A stretch of 64,000 nt of DNA from Batkoa obscura (taxonomy: Eukaryota): positions 806,001 to 870,000 of the forward strand of contig JASVEC010000021.1 in the NCBI GenBank assembly GCA_030770535.1, read 5' to 3'. Of this stretch, positions 49,214 through 62,991 are shown one piece after another. The notes below the pieces were generated by a model, which saw only the letters and a program-made list of their open reading frames with translations, searched no databases and was not told the DNA's origin. Each line of letters opens with the position of its first letter. Position 1 is the stretch's first letter. Made by a program: the position numbers and the translations under genes.

Positions 49214-50629
49214 ATGATACAAAATTCTTTATTCAAATTTATGCAACTGGCACTATTGCTACTATTGTTACTAAAGATATCGGATTGTTCAAATACTCCA
49301 GGATTAGCTGGAGCCAACGGGGGAATAATCAATGATACGATTTATGTATTTGGCGGATTTTCTGATTCAAATAGTGATCCTAAAAGCGAAAATGAGGAGA
49401 TTGTTGAAAGAAGTTTTAACACTGGAGTTTATTATTTGGATCTAAAAGGCGGTATAGATTTTAATAATGAACAAGGAGCAAATTGGAAATTTGATTCACT
49501 TGGAGATCATCCTTTAAATACATTATTTCATTATAGCACTATTAGATTGAACGATAGCTCAGAGGAACTTTTAATTATGGGAGGAGCATTTACACCAATT
49601 GAAGAAAGTGTAAAAATATTTAATACCAAAACAAAAACTTGGAAAGTAGATCAAACTGGGAGTCAATTTATCAAGCACTTAAATTTTGGTAATTTAACTA
49701 GTTTATCACTAAAATATGGACCTGTTACTTCAAGCTTAAACCAAAATGATTTAAATCCGGATGAGCTAGTTATATCTGGTGGAGCTTATACTATTAATAA
49801 ACTGGACGAAGATGAATTGAATGGAGATGAATTGGATGAAGATAAACTTGAGGTGTATCCTGGCTTAATAATTTATAATACTAAAAATAACGAATGGAGG
49901 TCTATTGAGAAAACGAGCGAACATTCAATTGACTCCCTTAGATCATTTATACATAATGGAAATTTAATAACATTTGAAAGTCAAAATAAACTTTATTATA
50001 AAACTGTCAATTTTAATACCATCATAAGTTTTAATATCAAAGATAAGAAATGGCACAATCAAACTACGTTGGGAGAATTTCCAGAAGCACGTACTATTTA
50101 TGGCTTGAAAAAAGTCAAAAATCTTGTTTATATAATAGGTGGCACCAGTGATGAAAATTTTAAAGAATTTGCGGACAGCTCATTATATGTTCTGAATTTA
50201 GACAATCTTGTTTGGGAAAAGCACTATATATCTGGATTGATCAGTTCTGTTTTCAGCTATTTAGATTATTATAATGGTTACTTATTATATTGTTTTGGAT
50301 ATCGTTTAGAAGTTTACTCCAAAATGCAAATAATCAGCTTAAATAATTACACTCTAGTACACCGGTTGCCTTCAGCAAAAGAAATAGAAGATTTAAAGCC
50401 AAAAAGTCAAATACCTGCTATTATTGGCGGTTCAATTGGTGGATTTATAGGTTTTGTTTTACTTATTGTTATCATATACTTTTCATATAAAAAGCTTAAG
50501 GAATATCGTATTGTAAAAAAAGTGCCTTTGACTATCCCTGAGCCAACTTACAATAGTACAGAATTTATTATTAAAAATCCAACTTTTACCTTAGAAGATG
50601 ATGAGGCTGAATTTGACGAAACACTTTAA
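49214..50629 (+). CDS. Kelch-repeat single-pass membrane protein, paralogue 2 (tandem duplicate)
   Basis: Colinear with 46031-47398; same architecture. Confidence 0.88.
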   Translation: MIQNSLFKFMQLALLLLLLLKISDCSNTPGLAGANGGIINDTIYVFGGFSDSNSDPKSENEEIVERSFNTGVYYLDLKGGIDFNNEQGANWKFDSLGDHPLNTLFHYSTIRLNDSSEELLIMGGAFTPIEESVKIFNTKTKTWKVDQTGSQFIKHLNFGNLTSLSLKYGPVTSSLNQNDLNPDELVISGGAYTINKLDEDELNGDELDEDKLEVYPGLIIYNTKNNEWRSIEKTSEHSIDSLRSFIHNGNLITFESQNKLYYKTVNFNTIISFNIKDKKWHNQTTLGEFPEARTIYGLKKVKNLVYIIGGTSDENFKEFADSSLYVLNLDNLVWEKHYISGLISSVFSYLDYYNGYLLYCFGYRLEVYSKMQIISLNNYTLVHRLPSAKEIEDLKPKSQIPAIIGGSIGGFIGFVLLIVIIYFSYKKLKEYRIVKKVPLTIPEPTYNSTEFIIKNPTFTLEDDEAEFDETL

Positions 50630-51047
50630 ATTAAAATAGGTATGGTTATGGTTCTATATTTCTACGGTATTTCTGCATAGAAAGATTTTTGTTTATTGCT
50701 TGTTTTCCTTAGAATGTTCTAATAAAGCAATGATATTATTCCCTTTGTTTGCATCCTTCGCTTTTTAACTATAGGAATTTTGAATCAAAAAGTATGATAC
50801 AAGGACAACAGTATTTATAAACAAAGCAGTATTTATTAAATTAGAGGATAAAGTCGCAAATTAAATATAACAATTGTATTATCACTTTTAAAATCTGATA
50901 ACATTTGTCTAAACTTCAATTTCAATTTTTAAATTAAAGCGAGTGATGTAGAATTACCAAATAAAGGCTTGGTCTAAGGGCTTAATTATCGAAATCAGTT
51001 TAAATTACAAAAATGAAAGTATAATCCTGTTTAATTTTTAATACAAA

Positions 51048-52784
51048 ATGACATACTTTAGAAAGTTAATTCATTCCCATCTTAGAAATAGTTTTTTAAA
51101 AAGAGGGCTCCATAGCACTAATAGTTTTCTAAACATCCAACCAGCTCTATCCAATTTCAATGATAGTCAAAAATATAGTGAAAATGAAGCTTCAGCTAAG
51201 ATAACCAATAGAAAGTACCTTGATCAGGATATAAGAGTTTTAGAAGTTGAGAATGAAGGAAACACCATGGACTTGTAAGATCATTATATTTGTATTTGCT
51301 TTTTAAACTTATTTTTATATAGTGACTTGATGTGGCTGAGAGATAATTGCAAATGCCCAAAATGTTGGGATGGCGTAACCCTACAAAGAATTTACCATCA
51401 TATAGATGTAAATTGGATATTACTTTTAAAATAATGCTAATAACATAAACAGTTAGACCCCGAATTAGCAGTAAAAGAAATGACTATGAAAGATGACCAA
51501 ATTCACATTCAATGTAAATTATTAGTTTTAATATTGATCTTATTTACAATTTTATTAGGGGATAAAGAAAATCATAATAGCCAATATAGTTTAAAATGGT
51601 TAACAAGTAATCGTTATCCTGACCCAAACTTGAATTATAATAAGTAAAAGTTTCTATTTGTTTTTGAATACAACTTAACATTTAGTACAGTAATAAAAAG
51701 TTATGGAACGCTTCGATACTTGGGAGAAAATTAGAAAATTTACCAAGAATAAAATATAAAAACGTAAAAAACAATTAGTGTTTAAGACTAAAAGCTTACA
51801 TATTTGTTAGGTGATGGAAAGCGATGGAATGAAACGTTTAGTTATGAATTTAGTATGTTACTTTTAAATAATTTACTATTGTATTTAATTCAACTTTAAT
51901 AGAGAGATTATGGTTTAGCCTTTGTAGAAGAAACACCTGTAAATAGTGAAGTAAAAAATATATATTTGGTTTTTTAAATATTAATTGATGTTAGGCTACT
52001 GAACTTCTATGTAAAAAAATAGGACCAATACGAAACACTCACTATGGTAACATTTTTAAATGAAACAGAAATAAACTAAACTAAACATTTCATCAGGTAC
52101 TTTCTGGGAATTTGAAGCCAATTTAATGCATAACGATGCTGCATATCAAAATTTCAAGCTGGAGCCACATACTGATACTACTTATTTTACAGATCCTGCT
52201 GGGTACATGCTTTATGCTAATGATATGATTCGTACTAATATTTTAAAAGTTTACAGATATTTCATTTATTAAGTTTTGATGGGGAAGGTGGGGAACAAAT
52301 TTATATGGATGGGTTTTTAATGGCTAATAACTTCAAGGAAGAGTATCCTGAAGAGTATAAACTTTTAGCTCAACAGCCTGTTCCTTTCCATTCAGCTGGA
52401 GATGAAGGACAGTATTTGACGACTAAAAATCACACGATATTTGAGCATGAGGTAGCTGGCGATATAGAAAGCCCATTATTAAGATTAAGATATAATTATG
52501 ATTCTAGATCAGTACCAAAACATAATATGGACTCAATCAAAATGCGACAATGGTACTTAGCTTTAAATAAGTTTATAAAGTCACAACACCAAAATTTAGA
52601 CAATAGAGTTTACTTTCCACTTGAAAAAGGAACCACAATAATTATCGACAACTATCGAGTATTACATGGTAGAAATGCTTTCACCGCCAACAAAAGAAAG
52701 CTTTGTGGAGCATACATTAACCATGATGATCTCATCTCTCAGTGGAACATTATAATGAATAAAGATAAAAAAAGTTCTATTTAA
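51048..52784 (+). CDS. TMLHE: Trimethyllysine dioxygenase (TauD/GBBH family, carnitine synthesis), multi-exon
   Basis: WLRDNCKCPKC zinc domain; GPIRNTHYG; HTDTTYFTDPAG; DNYRVLHGR; RKLCGAYI. Confidence 0.88.
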
Positions 52785-53757
52785 GAACTAAACTAGAACT
52801 AGACATTCTACCAAATCTACTCCTAATGTGTGAAAATTCTTTTTTTCGCTTCAATATTTTAACAATAGCTTTTTAATTTGTATAAATAATCGTAAAGCAA
52901 TAAAATCAAGAATTTTTTGTTCAAGATCAAATGCGAATAGAAGGATTGATTACTTAGTTTATCATTATTCAGACCTGTTTTTAAGTACGTATCAATAGTC
53001 CGATAAATTATTTATCACATAGTTGTCAACAAATCAAAGTTAAAAATTTTATATTCGTTATTATTACTCTAATCACTGTAGGAACTTTGGGAGGGCACAA
53101 AGGCCTAAAGGATATGAAAATTTTATTAGGAACTGAACATTTTTCTAACTTCATATCCTACAAAATTAATGTACCATCAAGTTTAGTGGCTTATAAAACC
53201 TTTGATTTGGAGTGCTGTTTGTGATCCAAGTGCAATTCTTAACGGAAAAAAACTTATTTTGTAAACAATATGATTATGTTTGATATGAAGGTTTTAGTTT
53301 TGATTTATTAAGACAATCTTTACATAGTTAACTTATATAATTATTAACATGCGTTTACAAATAAGGCTGGAAATAATAGTAGATTATAGTAGATAATTCC
53401 TCTATGCTCAATATGAAAAAAGCTGTACTTTATGGTATAAATATAATCATACTAATGTAGCTGATAACTGAATAATAAATCGTAATTATCTAACGTTATT
53501 TATAAATAATTCAAGGTAATAAAGAAATACAACTTTTCTATTGAATTGATTGTAAGTTGATATGAGTTATGATACTGGGTTCTTGAAAATTATTATAGTT
53601 TAAAAGGATACCAAGCCCTCTGTAGACAACAAGAATGCTTCAGTTATATAGCACATGCTGTATCGAGCTGACATAATCCAATATAGTTTATTGTAACTTA
53701 CATATCAAAATAGCTGTAAAAAACAGTTTTAAAAATAAAAATTCAGGTTTTAAATAT

Positions 53758-53851
53758 GGGACTGTTTTTTTTGGTTTTATTATTTTTCCATTTTTTAAGC
53801 GCTATTTGAGTGGAAATTTGTTGGTAAAATTCTTAAACACAAAATCATCCC
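53758..53851. mobile_element. MITE family A (a degenerate copy follows at about 54002-54097)
   Basis: GGGACTGT...CATCCC, TSD ATAT. Confidence 0.85.
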
Positions 53852-54964
53852 ATATATTATTTTATCCAACAAAAGTTTATTTTACATTTTGCTACAAGTC
53901 ACAAATATAAATATATTAAGTTATTTATTAATCAAATATAATAATGGATGGGCTTTATAGACTTGGGAAGTAGATGTAATTTTAGCTTTAATCTAATACA
54001 TGAAGGGTATTTTCTTTTGTTTCATCACTTTTACCATTTTTAAACAATATTTCAGTAGAATAATTATTAGTAAAATTCTTAAACAAAAATAATTTCCATA
54101 CTAAAAAGATTAAAAACGATAAAAAAATTAACGCTACTTTATCATCTAAGTAAAGCAACACTGAATAGATCTGATAATGTGATATAAAGAGTGACAGAGT
54201 ACAACCATTAAATTCTTTTATTAAGATAGTGTATCTGTTTTATTTCAGTATTTATTCAATATTTTTTAAACTTCTCCTGAATAAAGAATAGAAAAACTAA
54301 TGAAACTTAGGTCCTTCTCATCCCTTGATGGTTATTTGTAGTGGTATAATCTCTTGTATATGTTAATACTAACTTTATTGCCAATTTAGTGGATGATATC
54401 AATACGATCGGAGAAGACAATGTTCTATCTGAAAGTTGATTATTAAACGTTTATTGATTCAAGCCGACAAATACATGAGTGTCCTTTTTCCCTTATGTTT
54501 GGTCCATTTTTTATTCAACCAAACTTGAAAATATTAAAAAATATTTGAACAAAAGAGATTCTCCCATATTTTAGCTACCTTTCACATTTTAAAATTTATT
54601 TAGTAGTTGGAAAATCATTATTAATATTTGTATAATTTCAATGCGAATATTTTTATTTTATATCCTTATATCCTATAAAATAGTCACTAATTACAGCTAC
54701 AATAAACATATTTAAGCTACTCAGCATAAAACCTGATAAAAGATAACCTTTACCGCTATCGACAATTAAAAAAAATTCACATTATAAAGATTTGGCATTT
54801 GTTTCAAACTAAGAATCTCTTTGTTCATATTAAGTTAGTGGTTTAAAATAAGCATAAACGTCAAAATTTAGTTCTTCACTTTTGCAAACCAAGTGCATAA
54901 AACGCTTAAATGAATAACATTTGAAAAATTGAACAGGAAGCTTTTCTATTTTTTAAAACCTATA

Positions 54965-55719
54965 ATGGCATCAGCTAGTAATTCAAAAGTAAGACGTATA
55001 GCAGTATTAGGATCAAGGGCTGTCGGTAAAATTAATTCATGTCAAATAATCTTGAATAAATGACAATATATTAGGAAAAAGTTCACTGACCATTCAGTTT
55101 GTCGAAAATCCATTTTGTAGATTCTTATTACCCAACGATTGAAAACACTTTCACAAAAGATATTAAATATAAAGGTCAGGACTTCACTGTCGAAATTATT
55201 GATACTGCTGGACAAGTAAAAATATTTTAGTTATTTATAATCTAGATTAATTTTTAGGATGAATATTCCATTTTGCCTTCTCAACACGCAATAGGGATCC
55301 ATGGATATGTCCTTGTTTATTCAGTAACTTCCAAGTCGAGTTTTGAGCTTGTAAAAATTATAAGAGATAAGATACTTAACTTTACTGGTACCGAGTGGGT
55401 ACCATTAATCTTAGTTGGTAATAAAAAAGACTTACAAGCACAAAGGTAATTTTATTCAGTTTCAAGTATAAATTAACGATAACAACTTAAATAGACAAGT
55501 TTCACTAGATGAGGGCAAAGAACTTTCTTTAAGCTGGAATTGTCAACATTTAGAAACTAGTGCTAAAAACAACGATAATATAAGTAATGCTTTTTTATAT
55601 GAAACTAGTAAATTTTTAATATTTTTTAATCAGGTCGTGCTTTTGATATGATGATCAACGAAATTGAGAAGTCAATGAACCCAACTGAAGAAGATAAAAA
55701 AGAGTGTGTTATCTTGTAA
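54965..55719 (+). CDS. RHEB: Rheb small GTPase, 5 exons, with an apparent +1 frameshift at about 55110
   Basis: GSRAVGKSS (Arg in the G1 box), YYPTIENTF, DTAGQDEYS, NKKD, ETSAK; CAAX box CVIL. Confidence 0.92.
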
Positions 55720-58051
55720 AAAAAATAGTTTAATATCTCCGTAATTTCTTTTTAGCTTATAATTTTCATACACTTTCTATTACCTATACTTTTCTATATA
55801 AATAAATGTATTTGATTAATTTTATTTTTTGGTCATGTTTAAATCACTCGGTCAAATTTTAGTTGTATAGCTAATAAATTATGTGGGAATATTTTTTAAA
55901 TTACTTTCGCTTTTTAGCCCTAAATTTTGAATAAATAGATAGAGTAGCAACTGTAGAACAGATATGTTTAATAGGTGGCTTAAAGCTATATAGCTAGTTT
56001 CCTTGAATATTAAGCTTTTAAAATTTAATACAAGTATAAGAGAGTAATATACAATGAGTAAGTTGGACATATGCCTAAGTTATTAATAATTTTTGTAATT
56101 TATGATAGCAGTGGCTTGAGAAGATGGCCAGCTTTCTTATTCATCATTCCTTTATTTTAGGGTTCCACATTTGAGACCAATGGGTTAATTGAAAACTACA
56201 TTAGACATGCAATTTAAAAAACAAGATTTATTTTAATCTTTTTTAATATTAATAATGCAATTACAAAATTTATTATACTCCAATTTAATACAGATAGTCA
56301 ACTATATACGAGATCAGAATAGGTATAATATATTGTTAGCACGCAACAAATAGTATTAATGATTTTTATCAATAATTGTTGATACAAAAAAACATGGCGA
56401 GTACATATACAATTGATATAGTAGGAAATAATTGAAATATAATAAATATATGAAACATATGATTGTATACAGTTTTCGTAATCTTAGTTTTAATATAAAC
56501 GATTACCTTAATTTAATTAAAATTATTGTTAGCGCTATAGTACATACTAGGCACTCTAATCAATTATCTCATTTAGAACTAATTGGACTTGTTTTTGATA
56601 AACACGAGCTTAAAAATATAAGAAAAGATTCCACATCTAAAATGAAAAGGGGGACACCATCTAACATAGATATATAATTATTTTATGGTAGATTAGGCAA
56701 TACGAAGTATTTGAACATAACAAAATCATGTAAGAAGTTTTTTGGTTTATTTTTCCCATTTGTTTCCAACAATGTAGGATATTTGGAGTTATGCTCAGAT
56801 AACAAGTCGCTTCTTTTATATAACATTATCCTTGAATAAGATAAAGGATATTATTCAACTAAAGCCAGCGATTAATAAGGCTAAATATAGTGATATTTCA
56901 TATATTAAAAATATCCAATTTGATCATTTAAGGTAACTAAATATTGATGAAAATGTTTGTATAAAATCAATTCATTAAAAATCAAGCTTGATAATAGGGC
57001 CAATTTACAAGGGTTGATATTGAATTAAATGAATAATGGAGTTTATAGAAATATCAAATTTGGATTATTTAGAACTTAATAAAACAAGAATAAGGTATAA
57101 AACTAAATAGTGTTTCAATTAGCCACTCTTATTCTTATTCCTCCTAATTGCTTTATTCAATATTCAATTTACTAAATTTGACTTGCCTCTTCTTATACTT
57201 AAACATGACGATAATACTAGACTACTTATTAATAAATGAGATTTACCCTAATAGAAGGAAAATTTTGATTAAAATAACAGTAGAAGGATTTAATATAAGC
57301 TATACATTTATTCGCTTTTTATAAAAATTATTTAAAAAGCTATAACAATTAACTATTTGTTGTTCTTATTTTGATACTATTTCTTTGCCATGCCTGCTGC
57401 CTGAATTAAAAACTAACATTTTTATTAATGAGTATTTAAACCTATCTGTACAAATATCAATCGATAATGTATTTAATTATAACGGCGACGAGGAGTATAA
57501 GCTAAGTAAACTTAGTGAGGTTACATTGTTACTAGCACCCAATCTTAAATACTGTGTTTGTTATATTCATTTACCAAAATTGAAGAACTATGAGGCTATT
57601 CAAGTTTTTATACTTTATTTCATTATTATGGATTTGACTATAATTAAGCTATACTGTAATAAAAGGTTTGTACCATTTTACATTAATCAGTTCACTAACT
57701 CAATCTACTATTATGATAAAACGAAGTATAAAAATAGTATATTGAGCCAATTTTTACATTGTGTTCTTGAAAAAAACAGTCAATAGTCCTTTATCATCAA
57801 AATCAAGCTTAAAAAGCTTAAAAAAACAGACTAAAGAGCTTTTCTGCTAACATGTTGATTAAAAAGTTCATTTTTTATATCAAAATAGTCAAACGCGATC
57901 AAACTTAACTATTGCTATATATACATCAAAACTTAATTATTTGTTAGGTACAGGAATAGTAGTCAATGACATATCATAAATTATTAAAAGGCAATTATTG
58001 GTGCCAGCAATACAATTTTATTAAATCAAACTCTGGTTAGAAACAATATAT

Positions 58052-58148
58052 AGGGCTGTTTTTTTTGGTTTCATCATTTTTCCATTTTTTAAGCGCTATT
58101 TGAGTGGAAAATTTGTTGGTAAAATTCTTAACACAAAAATACATCCTC
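58052..58148. mobile_element. MITE family A
   Basis: AGGGCTGT...ACATCCTC, flanks ATAT/ACAT. Confidence 0.85.
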
Positions 58149-58605
58149 ACATAGTTATTTTTTTAGCTTCATCATTTTTTAAGCCTAAAAAGTCAAAATT
58201 GTTGTAAAAGTTTTGTATGATGATGCTTCAAAAAAGTGTTTTTTTAAAAACTGACTTTTATTTTTCAATCTATTGCATTTTATAAAACTTGTAAATTTGG
58301 TGTAGTGGTCTGTTATTTCAACGATAGTTGATTAGTACAATAAATATAATATACTCTTAAAGCTTCTATCTCAAAAATGTTTGTGGCTCTGATTTAAAGA
58401 GGCTTAGGTTTTTTTATAAACCTAGTAACATAAGCAGTCTTACAATAAAGCGAGCTTAAATTTTTAAAATAAATAACATCAAGTATATAGACATGTAGAA
58501 AATACTTTAAATAATGTGCTAAACAATTATAGTGAAAGTAGATAGTTAGAACTTAACCATGACCAAATACTTGGTTTTAAAAAATTTATTATAACAACTA
58601 ATTAT

Positions 58606-60353
58606 TTAATAAGCAGCAGCAATACCATCCTTTCTTTTATCGGTGACTGCAGTAACTAAAGTACTCTTACATTTCTCCTTCTTGAAGCTTACTTCAACAG
58701 CGTTAACAACTGACTCAGATCTTTCAGTTATAATTACGGTATGGTTGAAAACTTTTAATTTAGCAAAGGCTGCATCAGATAAAGAGTTGTTTTCTACTCT
58801 TAATGAGTTTGGCAATAATTGATGATGAAATCTTGGAGTATCAATGGCTGCATTTAATTTTAACTTTAAAGCGGTATGAAAGAAAACAGATTGTACAACA
58901 GAAGTAATAATTCTTGAACCTCCAGAAGCACCTATAGATAATAACTTATCTGAATTACTTAATATAATAGGAGTCATTGAAGATTGAGGACGCTTATAGG
59001 GCTCAACAAAATTTTCTTTAGAAGGTGGGAATCCGAAAAAATTGGAGAAACTAGGATTAGAGAAGTCATCCATCTCGTTATTAAATAAAATTCCAGTTTC
59101 CAAATCTAATAATTTTGATCCAAAATCGGTATTGATAGTACTAGTAACTGATACTGACATTCTATCTTTATCAATGATACTTACATGCGAAGTACCATGA
59201 TCTTCTTTAAATCCTTGCTCTTTAAAATCCACATAAAACTTTGGCTCTTGAGTAATATCTAATTTTTCTATCCTTTCATATTCTCTTTTAATGCCATTCT
59301 CATTTAGTATGTTTTTAATAGCTTCACCTAAATTATTGAAGTTGGGATCACCTAAATTTAATCTACCTACGTAAGCGAATTTAAATGCCTCTACCATTTT
59401 CAATACTACATCAATATCCAACTCAGGTTTATTCAAATTCTCCAATATCTTTAAAGCATGGTAAGCTACGATACCTGAAGCTGGTGGTGGTAAGAAATGA
59501 ATATCATGATTTAAGAATTTAGCTTTTAATGCGGGTACCACTTCAACTTTATATTTATCAAGATCTTCAAGCTGTAAAATACCACCATTACTTTGTACAC
59601 TTTTGACCATAGCTTCAGCAATTGGACCTTGGTAAAAAGCTTTAGAACCATGGATAGATATTTGTTCTAGAGTATTTGCAAGGCTTTTACGTTTAAGTAC
59701 TTGGCCTTCAGCTGCCAAACTGTTATCTTTGTTGACATAGGTTGAATTTAATCCAGCCATAGTACGGATATAACCTTCGTTTCTTTTTAATCTTAATTCT
59801 AGCTGCTTAGTAACTTTATAGCCATATCTAGCTAAATTAATGACTGGTTCAAGCACCCTTTTCCAACTAAGTTTACCAAATAATTGATGTGCTACTTCCA
59901 ATCCTTTAATTTCACCTGGAATACCAACAGCTAAACCACCTAACAAAGAATCATTTGCCTTTTTAAACATGGTACTATTGGATAATTTTGGTGCCATTTC
60001 TCTAAAGTTAATAAAATAACTACTATCATTAGCTAACTTTACCAGCATGAAACCACCTCCACCAATCCCACTAGCAAATGGATAAATTAATCCTTGACAT
60101 AAAGTGGTGGTGATTGAACTATCAATTGCATTACCGCCAACTTTCAGAATTTCAAGACCTAACTTTGAGCATTCGGCTGAATCAGCACTAACACCACCTT
60201 TTGTCCCATTGACTGGTATACTATGATATGGTATTGGATCTAAGAACACTTAATTTTTGTTAGTAGTTAAAACTAAAGCGATATAAATATAAAATTACGT
60301 TGTTCTCCTGATATTAAAGCAATTAGGTTTAATAAGATTATGTTAAGCTTCAT
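58606..60353 (-). CDS. Gamma-glutamyltranspeptidase with a short signal-peptide first exon
   Basis: SGIGGGGF, NFREMAP, catalytic HGTSH, NNEMDDF, RPQSSM, GASGGSRI. Exon 1 MKLNIILLNLIALISGEQ splices in frame across an intron of about 50 nt; an alternative in-frame ATG lies at 60380. Confidence 0.95.
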
Positions 60354-61107
60354 CCTATATTGTCTATTAAGTTCTAACATGTTCTTTTTATAGTTTTCAT
60401 TTTATCTATTGAATCGTTGATCATGATGCGGCTTAATAAGTCAGCTGTAAATTTATTCAAAACGATCATTTCCTTTTTTGTAAGCACCATTCTTTCTTAC
60501 TTGTTCAGTTAGCTTATTTTTATTACAAAGGCTTTAAACAAGAAACTATTTATAAAAAATAAAATATTTTAATGTTTATAATATAAAACAATATTTGTCC
60601 CTGTGTAATTAACTGATTGCTAATTAAAATATTAACTTCTTTTGAAACATTAGAAAGTGGGATTTGAGTCCTTTTTAATTTTAAATAATAAACCTAATCA
60701 TTTTATTTTAAAATTCGTGATTTGAAGTATGATTATACAATAAATCTTCAATTTTAAATAAGTAATGGAATTTTAAAAGAATTGTCAAAAACTTTTATAA
60801 AATTGATGGTTTATTTAATATACCTTTTATATATTAAGATGAATTGCAATTTATAAATAAACTATTATATGAAACTATTAAATAGTTTTAAATAATATCA
60901 GATAAAAATCAACAAGCATCTAAATAAATGCTAAGTTAAAACTTTAAAAGTTAAATAAAATTAAAGGTCCAAATGAGCAAAATGAACATATACCAATTTA
61001 ATCAATATGTTAAACATGCGAAAACAAGTAGATACTTTTAAAACCATATTGTGCAAAAATAGTGAATTCCCAACTTTAAATAATAGTAATTGATATTGAT
61101 ACCATAT

Positions 61108-61206
61108 GGGGATGTATTTTTGTATTTAAGAATTTTACTAACAATTTTTCCACTCAAACAGCGCTTAAAAGATGGAAAAAATAATGAAGTCCAAAAAAAC
61201 ACTACC
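61108..61206. mobile_element. MITE family A
   Basis: GGGGATGT...ACACTACC, TSD ATAT. Confidence 0.9.
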
Positions 61207-61664
61207 ATATCTATTATTTCGAAAAGATGTCACTATTGACTAATACATTATCTCGCCTAACATAACTTTTATTCACAAGTATAACAATACTAACACTATA
61301 CAAAATATTTATAAATATAAATATTGCTGTAAGCACATGAAATAAATATAAATCGTAGCTAAAAACAATAGCAAAATACTTTTACTGAATAAATAATAGT
61401 TTAACTGGTAAATCAAGTAATTAAAATAAGTTTGAAGCTGTTATTCAAGAAATTTAAAAACTCAATTGTAGTTAGATTTTGATACTTTTTTAATTTAGTT
61501 CAATTGTAGATCATTCTAGTATAACAGACCATTTCGTCCATACATGTATTCCTGGAAACCTTCTACATATAAATCTAGCTCTTTACATCGAAATTTTATG
61601 TAAGAATATTTATCCGTTTTCTTACACACAACGATTCTGGATGAGTATTTGCAAAGTAAAAGAA

Positions 61665-61718
61665 TATGCTAATATGCACTAAAATCTACTCTATGCTAAT
61701 ATGCACTAAAATCTACTC
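61665..61718. repeat. Perfect 27-bp tandem duplication
   Basis: TATGCTAATATGCACTAAAATCTACTC twice. Confidence 0.9.
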
Positions 61719-62169
61719 TAATATTAGTACTGCTATTTAATAGATTAAGCAAGAGATATTAAAAAGTTCCAGATATTATTTAATTCAATTTAATTTTTTA
61801 TTTTCTTTTACACTATAATATTTAATAAGTATTTTATTAGTATCATAAATTTAAATAATATAAATATTAGATATTAAAGCTGTTAAGAAACTTAAAAGTA
61901 AGCTAAAATATAAGCTTCTTAATCGTTTTTAGTATATACTGACGCTTCACTACATATGACAAATAATAAATTAAAAATTTGATGGTGATTATATTGTTAA
62001 ACGACATATATATAATATAATGCACTTTATAAATCAATAAAGTTTATTCCACAAAAAATGTAAACCTTCGTAATACCGACAAAAATTAAAATTAAAATTA
62101 CAATGTTTAATTCGAATCAGATCCACCCATAGAATCAACCTAAAACATGCATAAAAAGACCCTAAACAT

Positions 62170-62991
62170 TTAATCAATAGAATGGTCATCTAAGCTAGAA
62201 GCGGTATCGCTTATAGGGGAAGAAAGGGTAGCTCCAGTGAGATCTTTAATAATAGGAAAAACGATTTCATTAGATAACCTGTTTTGAGCCCACGAGGTAA
62301 GTTTTAATAGGGTAGGTAATTTAGGTTCTTTATTTAAAGCTTGAGCAGCTAAGATAGCTCCATTAAGTTCTGAAGCCATCTTTAATCTTTGAGAATAATC
62401 TAATAATTCAATATGTGGGTTATCTTCCGTTTTAAAACATAATAAAGTCATAGCTCTTTCTAACTTTTTTAATAAATGCTGATTTTCTTCTCCACGTGCT
62501 GCTAGTTCATTTTGGGAAAATTCTAAGGCTTGTTTATCTTTTCGTTCTTTGATCATCTCAATAAATTTTTGTAGTTGTAAATGAAAAAATAAATCTGGGT
62601 TGGTATCTAATATCTTTATAATTTTTAGCAAATCTATCAACTTTTTATACTCATAATTAAAAAAAGATTACCTCTGGATTAATATCGTTGGTCCTTTCAA
62701 TAGCTTCGTCAACATTCCCAGCTTGAATAGCGTTTCTTATTCTCATGCGTTCATCAATAGAGCCAAAATCGAGTTCTGATGCTATACTTGCTTCTTGAGA
62801 AAAGGATTCAGCTGCATCTCTGTATCCTTCGATTACTAAATAATCCATAATTAACCGGTTAAGATCACTAACCTTTTAATATCATTTTTATCTATGATAA
62901 AAAATTACTCTTACTTTTTAGAAACATCTACTTGGTTAATCAATTGCTTCCATTCTTCTACACTTATCTTCTTTTTTTCTAGTTCACCCAT
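62170..62991 (-). CDS. GID8: GID/CTLH complex subunit GID8 (TWA1), 3 exons
   Basis: LisH LNRLIMDYLVIEGY; CTLH AI...NDINPEILDTN..LFFHL; CRA QRLKMASELN.AIL. Confidence 0.92.

Noticed and set aside
56200..57790. Possible decayed F-box/LRR-like gene (ORFs at 56432 and 57385)
   Set aside because: Coding-like patches broken by stops, with no motif I can identify reliably.
26156..62991. Two GID/CTLH subunits (RMND5, GID8) in one window as a functional cluster
   Set aside because: They are 35 kb apart with many unrelated genes between; chance is sufficient.
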